From IMG/VR virus record IMGVR_UViG_2595698619_000001, positions 1 through 64,000 of that record: a DNA stretch of 64,000 bases; one strand, written 5' to 3'. This document shows, one piece after another, positions 36,571 through 45,829 of this stretch. The DNA comes from a virus. Lineage: Duplodnaviria > Caudoviricetes. The notes beneath the pieces were generated by a model, which was not told the DNA's origin, did not search any database, and was given only the letters and a program-made list of their open reading frames with translations. Position numbers and translations under genes: made by a program. How positions within the stretch are numbered: position 1 is the stretch's first letter; every line of letters starts with the position of its first letter.

Positions 36571-37200
36571 CTATTCACCTGTGCGTAGCATCTGGAAAAA
36601 CTCGTCCTTGATATGCGCCTCGTCTCTGGCTTTCCCGCGTAGTGCAGTGGTGCGAGTCGCCGAGTGCGCTTCCTCGATGCCACGGCACGACATACACTCG
36701 TGCTCTGCGCGGACGAACACCACGACTGCCTGCGGATTCAGTTCCTCGTGGATGGCGTCTGCGATTTGGTTCGTCAGGCGTTCCTGCACCTGCGGGCGAC
36801 GAGCGTACCCCCGCACAACGCGGGCGAGTTTCGACAGGCCCACGACCTCCTCATCCGGGATATACCCGACGTGAGCGCGTCCTCGGAACGGAAGGAAGTG
36901 GTGCGCACACATGCTCTCCACCTGGATGTTGTCAACGATAACGAACTGGTCGCTGACCGACTCGCTATCCTCGAACGTTCGCTCCAGGTGCTCTCGCGGG
37001 TCGTTTCGTAATCCCTCGAACAGTTCGTAAGCGCGACTCTTCGCCAGGCGAGTCGGGGTGCCCGAGAGGTGCTCGTTGTCGAGGTCGAGACCCAGTGCCT
37101 CGATGAAGTCCTCCGCCGCCTGGACGGCAGCATCGTAGTCGACTTCTCCTGCTTTCATGTCGTCATCCATGACGACTTTAGTTTCTTCCTGTGGGTTCAT
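36571..37200 (-). CDS. folE: GTP cyclohydrolase I
   Basis: CAHHFLPF, GLSKLAR, QVQERLT, HECM..RG. Confidence 0.96.
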   Translation of the reverse strand: MNPQEETKVVMDDDMKAGEVDYDAAVQAAEDFIEALGLDLDNEHLSGTPTRLAKSRAYELFEGLRNDPREHLERTFEDSESVSDQFVIVDNIQVESMCAHHFLPFRGRAHVGYIPDEEVVGLSKLARVVRGYARRPQVQERLTNQIADAIHEELNPQAVVVFVRAEHECMSCRGIEEAHSATRTTALRGKARDEAHIKDEFFQMLRTGE

Positions 37201-37212
37201 GGTTCACTCGTT

Positions 37213-37392
37213 CTAGATTTCCTCGTCGTCTGGCTCGGGAATCGGGATGGGTGTCCCGTACCCGTGTTTCTCTACCTTCTCTCGTAGGTCGTCTGCCTGC
37301 TCACCGCGCAGACCCGACATGGCGATGAAGGTGTCCAGTGCGCCTTCGTCCTCGAACTTGATTGTACGCTGTCCGGTGTCTTCGTCAGTCAT
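37213..37392 (-). CDS. Small hypothetical protein
   Basis: MTDEDTGQR; coupled. Confidence 0.5.
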   Translation of the reverse strand: MTDEDTGQRTIKFEDEGALDTFIAMSGLRGEQADDLREKVEKHGYGTPIPIPEPDDEEI

Positions 37393-37507
37393 CGTTCCTC
37401 CGTTCTTCTTCGCAGTCTTCGCAGTAGTGACCCTTGTACTTCATCGGGGTATCACCGCGTCGTTCACCACGGGTGAACTCCCCGCCGCAGTCGATACAAG
37501 TTGCCAT
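37385..37507 (-). CDS. Micro Zn-finger protein
   Basis: CIDC...CEDC. Confidence 0.55.
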   Translation of the reverse strand: MATCIDCGGEFTRGERRGDTPMKYKGHYCEDCEEERRNDD

Positions 37508-37509
37508 CG

Positions 37510-38295
37510 TCACACCCCCGTCGCCTGATTCCACGTAGTCACTTGCAGACGAGGCGTGAAGTCCCAGACGCGGTCCTTGCACAGTTCCGCGACGATGGGG
37601 TACGTCTCAGCGACCTGTTCGCGTGTCTGCCCTGCGGGCATGAGTGAGATACGGTCGTCGGGAATCTCGTACTCCTCGACGATATCCAGAATCTCGTCCA
37701 CGTCCTCCTCCCGAGAGACGACGAACTTGAACTTGCTCGTCGGGTTGTTGGCGTGGAAGTCGAGTGCGTCGTCAACGAGACGACGGTCCTCATCCATCCC
37801 GCTGTTCGACAGTTTGAGCGAGACGTTGTAGAGGTTGATGTACGGACGCAGTTGTTCGTTGGGAACCTGCGTGCCGTTCGTCTCGACCTCGATGAACGGT
37901 TTACCTCGCTTCCGACGCCTGAGCATCTCTGCGACGAGCGCGACGATTTGCTCCTGTCGCGCTTCGAGGAGTGGTTCGCCGCCGGTCAGGATGAGGTGAG
38001 CACCGTCAGGCGTCATCTTGTCCCACCACCCCTCGTCCTCCCACGTATCGAGGATTTCCGCGGGCGATTCCGTGAACTCTGGTTGCCGCCAGACGTCTAT
38101 CGTATCGCACACCCATGTAGCGTCGTCCATGGGTTCGTCGCCTGGTTCGTACTCGTTCAGTTCGTCGTCCCACCCGCAGGTCAGGTTACAACCCGCGAGA
38201 CGCAGGAAAACCGCCGGGACTCCCGCGTAAGGACCCTCGCCTTGCACCGAGTAGAACTGTTCCGCTACCGGGATTTGTGTGCTTACGTCGTTCAT
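37510..38295 (-). CDS. queE: 7-carboxy-7-deazaguanine synthase (radical SAM)
   Basis: [19 protein letters not shown]...CDT, TGGEP, ETNG. Confidence 0.93.
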   Translation of the reverse strand: MNDVSTQIPVAEQFYSVQGEGPYAGVPAVFLRLAGCNLTCGWDDELNEYEPGDEPMDDATWVCDTIDVWRQPEFTESPAEILDTWEDEGWWDKMTPDGAHLILTGGEPLLEARQEQIVALVAEMLRRRKRGKPFIEVETNGTQVPNEQLRPYINLYNVSLKLSNSGMDEDRRLVDDALDFHANNPTSKFKFVVSREEDVDEILDIVEEYEIPDDRISLMPAGQTREQVAETYPIVAELCKDRVWDFTPRLQVTTWNQATGV

Positions 38296-38735
38296 CGTTG
38301 AGTTACCCCCGTGTACTCCGTGTCCCAGAGGCGGTACAGGTCGACTCTGTCACCGAGGTCCTCCAGGCCTTCATCCTCGAGAAGCGCGAGCCATGCACCG
38401 TCCTTGGCGACACGCGCAGGACCGTTGTGAACCGTATCGAGAACGTTGTCTCGTCGGTGTTCTTCGTCCGGTTGAATCACGTCCTCCAGACGCGGGTCAC
38501 TGACGTTCCAGTAAATCGAGTCCCACTGGTCGTCCTTGAGATGGTCCGGTTTGTCCTCGAGACGCTCCTGCTCCGATTCAGCGAGCCGTGCGAGCGCTTT
38601 CCAGTACGTCTCCGCAGTGACGACGTGACCGCCTGCTTTGACGCGAACCTTCCCGTTCTTGAGTTTCTGAACCAGGTAGTGACTGACCGACTCGTCCACG
38701 ACTTCCTCGCCCTCTGGACGTGCCGTTTCAGGCAT
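38292..38735 (-). CDS. Hypothetical protein
   Basis: Coupled ORF within the que cluster. Confidence 0.6.
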   Translation of the reverse strand: MPETARPEGEEVVDESVSHYLVQKLKNGKVRVKAGGHVVTAETYWKALARLAESEQERLEDKPDHLKDDQWDSIYWNVSDPRLEDVIQPDEEHRRDNVLDTVHNGPARVAKDGAWLALLEDEGLEDLGDRVDLYRLWDTEYTGVTQR

Positions 38736-38862
38736 CTTCCTCCTCCTCGACCTCGAGAACGTCCACGCGCACCACGTCGCCACGTTCGCGGAGTTCCTCA
38801 GCGACCTCCTCCGCGTCTCGGTCAGGTTCGAGCGCGACGAGCAGCGAGTTGATGGTGGACAT
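38728..38862 (-). CDS. Small acidic protein
   Basis: MSTINSLL; TAATG coupling. Confidence 0.5.
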   Translation of the reverse strand: MSTINSLLVALEPDRDAEEVAEELRERGDVVRVDVLEVEEEEDA

Positions 38863-39320
38863 TACTCCTCGTCGAAGGGGTCAGGATACGACGCTGACAT
38901 GGCGTACTTCGCCGTCTCCTTGATTTGGACACGGGCACGCTCGACGTTCTCGAACGTATCGACCAGTTGCTGAGCGACGACCTGACTCACGAGTTCCGTC
39001 GTCGGGTCTCCGTCGAACGTGTAGACCTCACCCAGAACGTCGGTGACGAGCGCACTGCCTCCGAAGTCCTGAAGCGCCTCGAGGAGTGGGTCGTCGTTGT
39101 TGAGGAGGATGGCGTGGTCGTACTGGTCGAAGACGTCCGAGATGTCCTTGAAGTCCTCCGCCATCTGATGCTCCTCGTTCGGGACGCGCACCTTGAGACG
39201 CGCGTTCCACTCCATGTTGTGTCCGTGGATGTTGTTACACGCCCCGTCGTAGTGCATGAGGCGGTGTGCGGTGCTCGTGGTGTGACCTTCGACTTCGAGT
39301 GTGCGGATGTTGTTGCTCAT
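38862..39320 (-). CDS. queD: 6-carboxytetrahydropterin synthase
   Basis: AHRL, CNNIHGHN, DH..LN, PTTE, ET. Confidence 0.92.
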   Translation of the reverse strand: MSNNIRTLEVEGHTTSTAHRLMHYDGACNNIHGHNMEWNARLKVRVPNEEHQMAEDFKDISDVFDQYDHAILLNNDDPLLEALQDFGGSALVTDVLGEVYTFDGDPTTELVSQVVAQQLVDTFENVERARVQIKETAKYAMSASYPDPFDEE

Positions 39321-40081
39321 CGGTGACTGACCTCCTCCAGGATGTTCTCCCACGCTTCGGGACTGTTCTGCTTCACCGCGTCAGGCGTACCGAACGGGTC
39401 GGTGACGCGGGCGATATGGAACGCTTCGCCTCGCTCGATACAGGCGGGACACTGCCCGCACGGTTCGGGGTCATCGTCCTCGATTGCTTCGTAGCAGGAG
39501 TACGTGTATTCCCACGGAACGCCGAGGTTCTCGCCTTGCTGAATCACCTCGACCTTCGACCGGTGAAGGAGAGGCGACCGGAGAGTGATGTTCTCACCGT
39601 CAGCGAGCGAGGCGTTGATGGCATCTTCCGCCGCGGTGACGAACGGCGCTCGACAGTCAGGATACGACTCCTCATCGCCACCCTGAACGCCGATGTAGAG
39701 CGCGTCCCCGTCCGTCACGTCAGCGACGCCCGCACCCGTAGCGAGGAGGTGCAGGTTTCGCATGGGCACGTACCCAGTCGAGCGACCATCATCTTCCTCC
39801 AGGTCGCCGTCGTCGGTGACGAACGAGTCGCGGTCAGACGCGACACCGCGCCCGAACACCGAGAACACCGACTCGTAGTCGATGGTCGTGACCGGGTGGA
39901 CGTTGTGTCCTTCGTCGCGGAAGTGAGTTGCGAGGTTGACCGCCTGCTGCTCCTCGAACTCCGCCGTCTGCTGACCGTAGTTGTAGTGAACTGGCTGTAC
40001 CTCATCGTAGTGTTCCGCTGCCAAAGCGAGACACGTCGCCGAGTCGATTCCTCCCGAAAGGAGGACGATTGCTTTCGTCAT
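39317..40081 (-). CDS. queC: 7-cyano-7-deazaguanine synthase
   Basis: SGGIDS, YGQ, YVPMRN, YPDC, TYSCY, CGQCPAC. Confidence 0.95.
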   Translation of the reverse strand: MTKAIVLLSGGIDSATCLALAAEHYDEVQPVHYNYGQQTAEFEEQQAVNLATHFRDEGHNVHPVTTIDYESVFSVFGRGVASDRDSFVTDDGDLEEDDGRSTGYVPMRNLHLLATGAGVADVTDGDALYIGVQGGDEESYPDCRAPFVTAAEDAINASLADGENITLRSPLLHRSKVEVIQQGENLGVPWEYTYSCYEAIEDDDPEPCGQCPACIERGEAFHIARVTDPFGTPDAVKQNSPEAWENILEEVSHR

Positions 40082-40138
40082 CTTGCGTTTGAGATATGAG
40101 CGTTGTCGGTTATCAAACTTCCCATCTATCGGAACCGC

Positions 40139-40573
40139 CTATTTTAGCTCGTGTCCGCAGTTCGGGCAGACGTCTGTATGCCAGCCTTCCTGGTGTCGGG
40201 ACGCATGGTCAGATGGAGTTTCGAGTGTGAGGTTCGACGGGCGATTATCCCATTTGATTCCCGTTTTGTGGTGAACCTGATTCCCGCATACCGCCTCGAA
40301 CCCGAACTGAGCAACAGCAACGAGACGATGGACGAGGACGCTCCTCGTTGTTTTCGGTTCACCGTCCCACGCCTGCCACAGTTCGTATCCGTCCTCGGTG
40401 GTCGAGAACGACGCGCGGTTGACTTCACGTTGCTCACGCTCGATTCCGAGTTTCTCCATCCAGTTGTATATCGTCTGCGCGGTCACGTCATACCTATCTG
40501 CGATTTGACCACCACTCAGGCCTTCTTCGCAGTAGAGACGACGGAGTGTTTCTTCGTCGCGGTATCCCGTCAT
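40139..40573 (-). CDS. HTH-HNH homing endonuclease
   Basis: Paralog of 6642..7115; HRL...HHKTGIKWDNRPSNL. Confidence 0.85.
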   Translation of the reverse strand: MTGYRDEETLRRLYCEEGLSGGQIADRYDVTAQTIYNWMEKLGIEREQREVNRASFSTTEDGYELWQAWDGEPKTTRSVLVHRLVAVAQFGFEAVCGNQVHHKTGIKWDNRPSNLTLETPSDHASRHQEGWHTDVCPNCGHELK

Positions 40574-40633
40574 TACATCTATTACTTCGGGTATAGATGT
40601 AAAGGTGTGACGTGGAGACACGAGCATTTTCTG

Positions 40634-41050
40634 TTACTGGAACCCGAGCTTGCCGCCACCTCCTGTCGAGTCACCGAACATGCCGCCCATGTCGCCCATC
40701 TGCTCTCTCATCTCCTCCATCATCTCCTCGCGTTCCTGCTGTCGTTCCTTGAGCCACTCGGTCATGTCGGGGCCGTAGATTTCCTTGCCGACCTGCGTGC
40801 CGACACTGCCCATCAGTTGGGAGAGACCCGCAGTCGACTGGTCGGACGCCAGCTCGATTTCTTTCTCCCATGCGACGTGCAGGAGAGTGAGCGCCTCAGC
40901 ACGAGTCAGGTCCACGCTCACAGGACGGTCCTCTTCCGTCTCACCGGCGCACTCGTCGCACGCCTCGTTCTCTCCGCACGTACAGGTCGCCCCGTCCGAT
41001 TCATCCTCCGCGTCGTCGAACCGCTCAGCGTCGTTGTCTCTGTCGTTCAT
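40634..41050 (-). CDS. Hypothetical protein
   Basis: Acidic ORF with CTC..C..C. Confidence 0.6.
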   Translation of the reverse strand: MNDRDNDAERFDDAEDESDGATCTCGENEACDECAGETEEDRPVSVDLTRAEALTLLHVAWEKEIELASDQSTAGLSQLMGSVGTQVGKEIYGPDMTEWLKERQQEREEMMEEMREQMGDMGGMFGDSTGGGGKLGFQ

Positions 41051-41265
41051 TACCCTTCCCTCGAGATGTGGATGAAGCGGTCACCGTGCACCGTCAGCAC
41101 GCGCTCCTCATCAGCGTACACGTCGAGGAGCGGAGGTGCCTCGTCGGGAGTGATGGCGTCTCGGTGAGGTTCGACACGGGGGTACGAGGTCGACTGGAAC
41201 CGCTTCGACTGAACCTCACCCTCGACCGTGCGCCACTTGGCGACGTAGGATTCTTCTCGACTCAT
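41050..41265 (-). CDS. Hypothetical protein
   Basis: MSREESY; coupled. Confidence 0.55.
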   Translation of the reverse strand: MSREESYVAKWRTVEGEVQSKRFQSTSYPRVEPHRDAITPDEAPPLLDVYADEERVLTVHGDRFIHISREG

Positions 41266-41269
41266 CGGA

Positions 41270-41611
41270 TTACTCCTCGTCAGTCTCCGTCTCAGTCTCG
41301 TTGTCCTCCTCATCGGTGTCGTCTCCCTCGTCTGCCGCGTCGTCTGCGTCGTTGTAGTCGTACCCGATGGATACGGTGAAGCGGTCGTCGAACGCGGAGA
41401 CGTCGGTGTTGTCCGGGTCGTGCTCCGGCGGCAACTTGTTCTCGAGAATGTCCTTCGCACGCTCGAGATTCTCGGCGGTGTCACCGTCGTCCTCCCACTC
41501 GATTTGGAAGGTCACCTTGCCTTCGTAGTGCGAGACGTTGACCGCGTCCGCCTCGAAGCGTTCCTCCAGCTCCTCCGCTCGTTCCGTGATTTGCTGTCCT
41601 AGGTCGTACAT
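41270..41611 (-). CDS. Hypothetical acidic protein
   Basis: TAATG coupling to queF. Confidence 0.6.
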   Translation of the reverse strand: MYDLGQQITERAEELEERFEADAVNVSHYEGKVTFQIEWEDDGDTAENLERAKDILENKLPPEHDPDNTDVSAFDDRFTVSIGYDYNDADDAADEGDDTDEEDNETETETDEE

Positions 41612-42072
41612 TACTGGATACCTCCAACCCACGTCTGCGACGAGATACCACCGCGCGGATTCACGTCGAAGGCGACGTGGAGTCGCTTCTGCACCTCGTC
41701 CTCATCGAGGTCCGGGTACAGGATTTCCGCGAGGTCCTGCCACACCTTCGCGGTGACTTCCTCGTGCGAGATTCGAGCGTCCTCGAACGACATGAGGTAG
41801 TACTTCAGCGACTTCAGTTCGACGATGAAGTCATCTGGGACGTACTCGATTTCTATCTCGCCGTAGTCGCGCACTCCTTCGCTCTCGACCTCATCCTCGT
41901 CGGCGTCCGGGTCCACGCCGTAGTCGACCGGACAGTTGGTCGAGAACTCCTTTGCGACGTGCCGGTCGGTCCTGTCCGTGTCAGGACGCGGGTTGGGCAC
42001 TGCCTGTAGCACTTCGCCGTTGATAGGGTCGTAATCCGGGTTGAACCGGAAAGTCACTTCGTTGTCTCCCAT
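41611..42072 (-). CDS. queF: QueF / QueF-like T-fold protein (preQ0 reductase)
   Basis: CP, ELKSLKYY, SHE, PRGGI. Confidence 0.85.
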   Translation of the reverse strand: MGDNEVTFRFNPDYDPINGEVLQAVPNPRPDTDRTDRHVAKEFSTNCPVDYGVDPDADEDEVESEGVRDYGEIEIEYVPDDFIVELKSLKYYLMSFEDARISHEEVTAKVWQDLAEILYPDLDEDEVQKRLHVAFDVNPRGGISSQTWVGGIQ

Positions 42073-42115
42073 CTGCGAATAGACGTTACTGACGGGAGGA
42101 CGTTAACCTGATTGT

Positions 42116-42700
42116 CTAAGATTCACCTCGTTTTTGGCTTGGCCACTTATGTTCAAATCCGGGCAGTGGGTCACCCATCCATTCTAAAATTCGCTGAGAC
42201 TGCGCCGTTCCAAACCGAAGTTGACCTTCACTAAACTTAACCATCCACTTCTGTTCTTGAAAGATTCGTTCAAATAATCTCCGCCGTTCTTGCTGTGCAT
42301 AATTCGAGATGAGCATGTTGGGAGTACCGATGGGAGTAGGACAGTAATGCCCGTCACAGCAATACCAAACTTTGAGTTTGAGGGGTGTTAGCGATAAGTC
42401 ATCTGGGAATCTCTTACCACCATCTATGTACCAGTCAGAATAAGAATTAAATACAGGTGAAGATTTAGTCGACCACACCCAAGTTTGAGAGTAATTCTCA
42501 GACGGATACTCCGACGATTTACGTTTGCTACCTTGTTTCACACCCAACGAATATTCCGAGAACTCATCATGCAACCACTCCAAGAACTCACGTTCGGTCA
42601 ATTCACATACGACCGAGCATGAATCTCCCCGTCGGTCCAAATACCCGTCACCAAGAAGTAACCCCTGTATAATATCGTCTTGCCTCTCTGTAAGTTCCAT
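42116..42700 (-). CDS. LAGLIDADG homing endonuclease
   Basis: IQGLLLGDG and VWYCCDG helices; AT-rich. Confidence 0.88.
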   Translation of the reverse strand: MELTERQDDIIQGLLLGDGYLDRRGDSCSVVCELTEREFLEWLHDEFSEYSLGVKQGSKRKSSEYPSENYSQTWVWSTKSSPVFNSYSDWYIDGGKRFPDDLSLTPLKLKVWYCCDGHYCPTPIGTPNMLISNYAQQERRRLFERIFQEQKWMVKFSEGQLRFGTAQSQRILEWMGDPLPGFEHKWPSQKRGES

Positions 42701-42861
42701 ACCACAGGTATGACTTCGTCTGCATTAACCACGTTGAAACTACCCAGAAAAGACGGCGTTCTTAGCCCGGGACAGCCAGCTACTCAAAGAGCTGACCGGC
42801 GCGCTCGAACGTCGCCGCGAAGTCATCAGCGACACTGACCTTGTAACCGTTCTCGTTCAGG

Positions 42862-43032
42862 GTGTTGACGAACGAACGAGACAGAAAAGAATACGTGAAA
42901 GGGTTGTTCTCATCATTAGACGTTTCACCGCGTTTTCACAACGGAGTGGTGGGGTTTCGAGTAGACGACAGTGGCAAGCTATGGGATTATATGGGTGATG
43001 CCGTGCAGGGGTTCGAGTACAAATGGCCTTGA
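42862..43032 (+). pseudogene. C-terminal remnant of a second LAGLIDADG endonuclease
   Basis: ...KLWDYMGDAVQGFEYKWP* versus RILEWMGDPLPGFEHKWP of 42116..42700. Confidence 0.7.
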
Positions 43033-43037
43033 CAGGC

Positions 43038-43892
43038 TCAGAAATCTAATACATCTCTTCCTTGGGTGTTGAACGAGGCAGAAGACGGGTCGTAATTCAT
43101 CACTAGCCTCTCAACAGATTTCTTTGAAGAATCACTTTGAGTAGTATAGTTACGGTCTCTGACCGTAACATCCCACTCACCGTTTTGCACCTCCTTTTCA
43201 AACGCAGGAGGTAACTCTTCATATGAGACGATGAACGACCCATCAATCTCACAAAGCACTTCGTAGAACCGTCCATGGTCGAAGTCTTCTTCATGCTCAT
43301 AATAAGCATCTCCTACACGGTAGTACGGAGGGTCATAATAGAAGAGTGTACCAGCACGGTCATATTTCTCAGTCAGTTCAGCATAGTCGAGGTTTTCTAT
43401 GATAACCTGGTCAAATCTATTCTGAATCCTTTTAACCTGCTCCTTTGTTCTCTCGTACTTGTAAGTAATCTCATCAGCAGGACACTTCGTTGTTGAATTG
43501 ATTCTAAAACCACCCCCATCAATTTTACCGGAGAAGGAGGTAGATTGGATGTAGAAGAACCTACCCGCTTTCGCTACAGGGTCCGTTGGCTCATCTTCCG
43601 ACCGCATATCCTCGACATATTCCTCATACAGTTCACGGGAGTATGGAGTTGATTCTAACCACTCGTACAACTCCTCACCTTGGTCACGGCAAACCTCAAA
43701 GAAATTAACGACTCGACCGTAAACATCGTTATAGACCTCGATAGTAGAACGGGGTTTGTTGAATAAAACAGCAGCAGACCCACCGAAAGGTTCAACGTAG
43801 CACTCATGCTCCGGCATATGCTCTATAATCCACGGAGCTATCGTTGTCTTACTACCCGGGTAGTTAATCGTACCGCTATTTTTCTTAGGCAT
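43038..43892 (-). CDS. Dam-like N6-adenine DNA methyltransferase
   Basis: YPGSK, EPFGGS, YNDV, YDPPY; AT-rich. Confidence 0.92.
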   Translation of the reverse strand: MPKKNSGTINYPGSKTTIAPWIIEHMPEHECYVEPFGGSAAVLFNKPRSTIEVYNDVYGRVVNFFEVCRDQGEELYEWLESTPYSRELYEEYVEDMRSEDEPTDPVAKAGRFFYIQSTSFSGKIDGGGFRINSTTKCPADEITYKYERTKEQVKRIQNRFDQVIIENLDYAELTEKYDRAGTLFYYDPPYYRVGDAYYEHEEDFDHGRFYEVLCEIDGSFIVSYEELPPAFEKEVQNGEWDVTVRDRNYTTQSDSSKKSVERLVMNYDPSSASFNTQGRDVLDF

Positions 43893-43894
43893 GG

Positions 43895-45139
43895 TTAGAA
43901 ATCAAGAACCGATTGACTCTTTGATTCATATTCCTGTACGCTGGAGTCCTTCCCGCCCGCCCAATCCTGATAGGCGTCCGGGTCGAGGTCGAGCACCTCA
44001 AGTTCGTCTCCCTCGAGACGGTGCTGGAGTGCCATTTGCCGACGTTCCTCTACGTCGAGGTCGCGTAGCAGGTCGAGCATGACGTTCTTGAAGTGAATAT
44101 ACGACCCGCTGAACTTGTACGTGGTCCCGTCGTAGTCCTTCAACTTGCGATAGACGCGAGCAGTCGCGGTGTCTCCCGATGCTTTGTCCAGCGAGTGCCT
44201 GAACCAAGTGGGGAACAGGTCGGGGATGTACCCCGAATATGCCTCGGTGAGGCGCACCTCTGCCGTCATGCGTGCGAGTGCGCCGGCGTATTTCCAGTAT
44301 CGGTAGTTGCGCGTCGTCTGAGAGCGTCCCAACCACTTGTCGGCACGCGCCAGAGCATCGTAAGCGACGCCTGCCTCGAGACCTCGGAACTCCTTCGCCA
44401 CCGCCTGGTCGAGCCAGATGACCAGGTCGTTCGGAGAGATGTCGTTGCCAGCGTACTTGTCGCCGCCGATGAGTTCCGGGATGGCGTCGAACTCTCCTTC
44501 CTCCCACTCACGGTCGTCGAACCCGAGTGGAACGTCGCTCTCCGCCATCATCTGTAGGTCGTTGATGGCAGAACGCAGGTCAGGACGTTGTGCGAGGCGT
44601 TCCTCGTCATGCTCGTCCAGTTCGACACCCTCGGACGCCGCGACCTCTCGAATCTTCGCCGCCCGCGACCGCTTCCCAAGTTTGAATTTCTCGGTGTTCA
44701 CCCGATTCTTGATGCCGTCTGGCACGTCATACTCCTCGTTCGCCGTGAGGATAATCGGGTTCGCGGGGGAACTGAGCGCGTCGTACAGCGGTTGCTTGTT
44801 AGCAGCGTGGTGCCACCCGTCCACCTCGTCGAGAAGGACGAGTTGACGCTGACCGTCTGCCGGCGACGCGGCGATGCTCGCCGCCATCTCCTCAATATCG
44901 TCTGTCTTCCGCGCAGACGAGGCGTTGATTTGATTGAGCGGCATGTCGAGAACGTCAGAGACGACGTATGCCGTGGTCGTCTTGCCTGTCCCCGGTGGTC
45001 CCACGAGCAACTGCCCCTGGTCGCCCGGTTCCCACTCCTCTGCCCACTCCCGAATCCGGTCGAGAGCGGCGTTGTTTCCTTGAATCTCGCTGAACGATTC
45101 AGGACGATACTTGTCTACCCAGGATTGATTCTCACTCAT
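43895..45139 (-). CDS. rfcL: Replication factor C large subunit
   Basis: WVDKYRP, GPPGTGKT, INAS, LDEVD, DLRSAINDLQ. Confidence 0.9.
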   Translation of the reverse strand: MSENQSWVDKYRPESFSEIQGNNAALDRIREWAEEWEPGDQGQLLVGPPGTGKTTTAYVVSDVLDMPLNQINASSARKTDDIEEMAASIAASPADGQRQLVLLDEVDGWHHAANKQPLYDALSSPANPIILTANEEYDVPDGIKNRVNTEKFKLGKRSRAAKIREVAASEGVELDEHDEERLAQRPDLRSAINDLQMMAESDVPLGFDDREWEEGEFDAIPELIGGDKYAGNDISPNDLVIWLDQAVAKEFRGLEAGVAYDALARADKWLGRSQTTRNYRYWKYAGALARMTAEVRLTEAYSGYIPDLFPTWFRHSLDKASGDTATARVYRKLKDYDGTTYKFSGSYIHFKNVMLDLLRDLDVEERRQMALQHRLEGDELEVLDLDPDAYQDWAGGKDSSVQEYESKSQSVLDF

Positions 45140-45329
45140 AGGATTTGCTCACCTCATCGTCGTCCTCGACTTCCTGTTTCGCCATCTCGTACATCTCCTC
45201 CGCCGTCTCTTTCACGTCGTCCGTTCTTTCGCCTTCAGACTCCTGTACTGTCACCTCTATCTCCTGGTCGGATGTGGCCGAGTGAACGTAAATCCGCGGA
45301 CGCTTGTCGGCATCGTTGCTGTTCGTCAT
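45132..45329 (-). CDS. Small hypothetical protein
   Basis: Acidic 65-aa ORF. Confidence 0.55.
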   Translation of the reverse strand: MTNSNDADKRPRIYVHSATSDQEIEVTVQESEGERTDDVKETAEEMYEMAKQEVEDDDEVSKSYE

Positions 45330-45331
45330 GG

Positions 45332-45829
45332 TCAGAAATCGAGTGGGTCCTCCACGGTGTAGTCGGGCTCCAGTTCACGCTCGTACACGACCATGCGATT
45401 GCCGCGGTCGGTGTAGTAGTAATCGACTGCACTGAACCCGTTATCCATCCAGAACTCCTCGAGGTCAGCAGTCGAGAGAACGTCTGCGACCATGACCTCC
45501 TTCCCGCGTTCCTCGGCGTACCGAACCGCCTCGTCGAGCAACTCGCTGCCATACCCCTCGTGACGGTCCCGAGCAGCGACAGCGATGTTACGGAGACACG
45601 CTTCCTCACGGGACAGGATGTCTGACTCGGCCCAAACCATGCACGCGCCAGACACGCGGTCTCCGCGCAGGAAATACAGGAGACGCCTGTCCTCGCGCCT
45701 GGCACAACGCTCGACGTTCTCACGTCGAACGAACCAGTACAGGTCCTGGGTGATTTCCACGTCCTCGAAGAACGCTTCTATCTCCTCGAGACGCTCGTCG
45801 CCGGGTTCTGCGACCTTGATTTCTACCAT
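45332..45829 (-). CDS. GNAT acetyltransferase
   Basis: IAV...RHEGYGSELL, FW..NGF. Confidence 0.88.
   Translation of the reverse strand: MVEIKVAEPGDERLEEIEAFFEDVEITQDLYWFVRRENVERCARREDRRLLYFLRGDRVSGACMVWAESDILSREEACLRNIAVAARDRHEGYGSELLDEAVRYAEERGKEVMVADVLSTADLEEFWMDNGFSAVDYYYTDRGNRMVVYERELEPDYTVEDPLDF

Noticed and set aside
42780-42925. Minus-strand SNDENN... peptide resembling a tmRNA tag
   Set aside because: No tRNA-like ends; the SNDEN part is the antisense of the LAGLIDADG remnant
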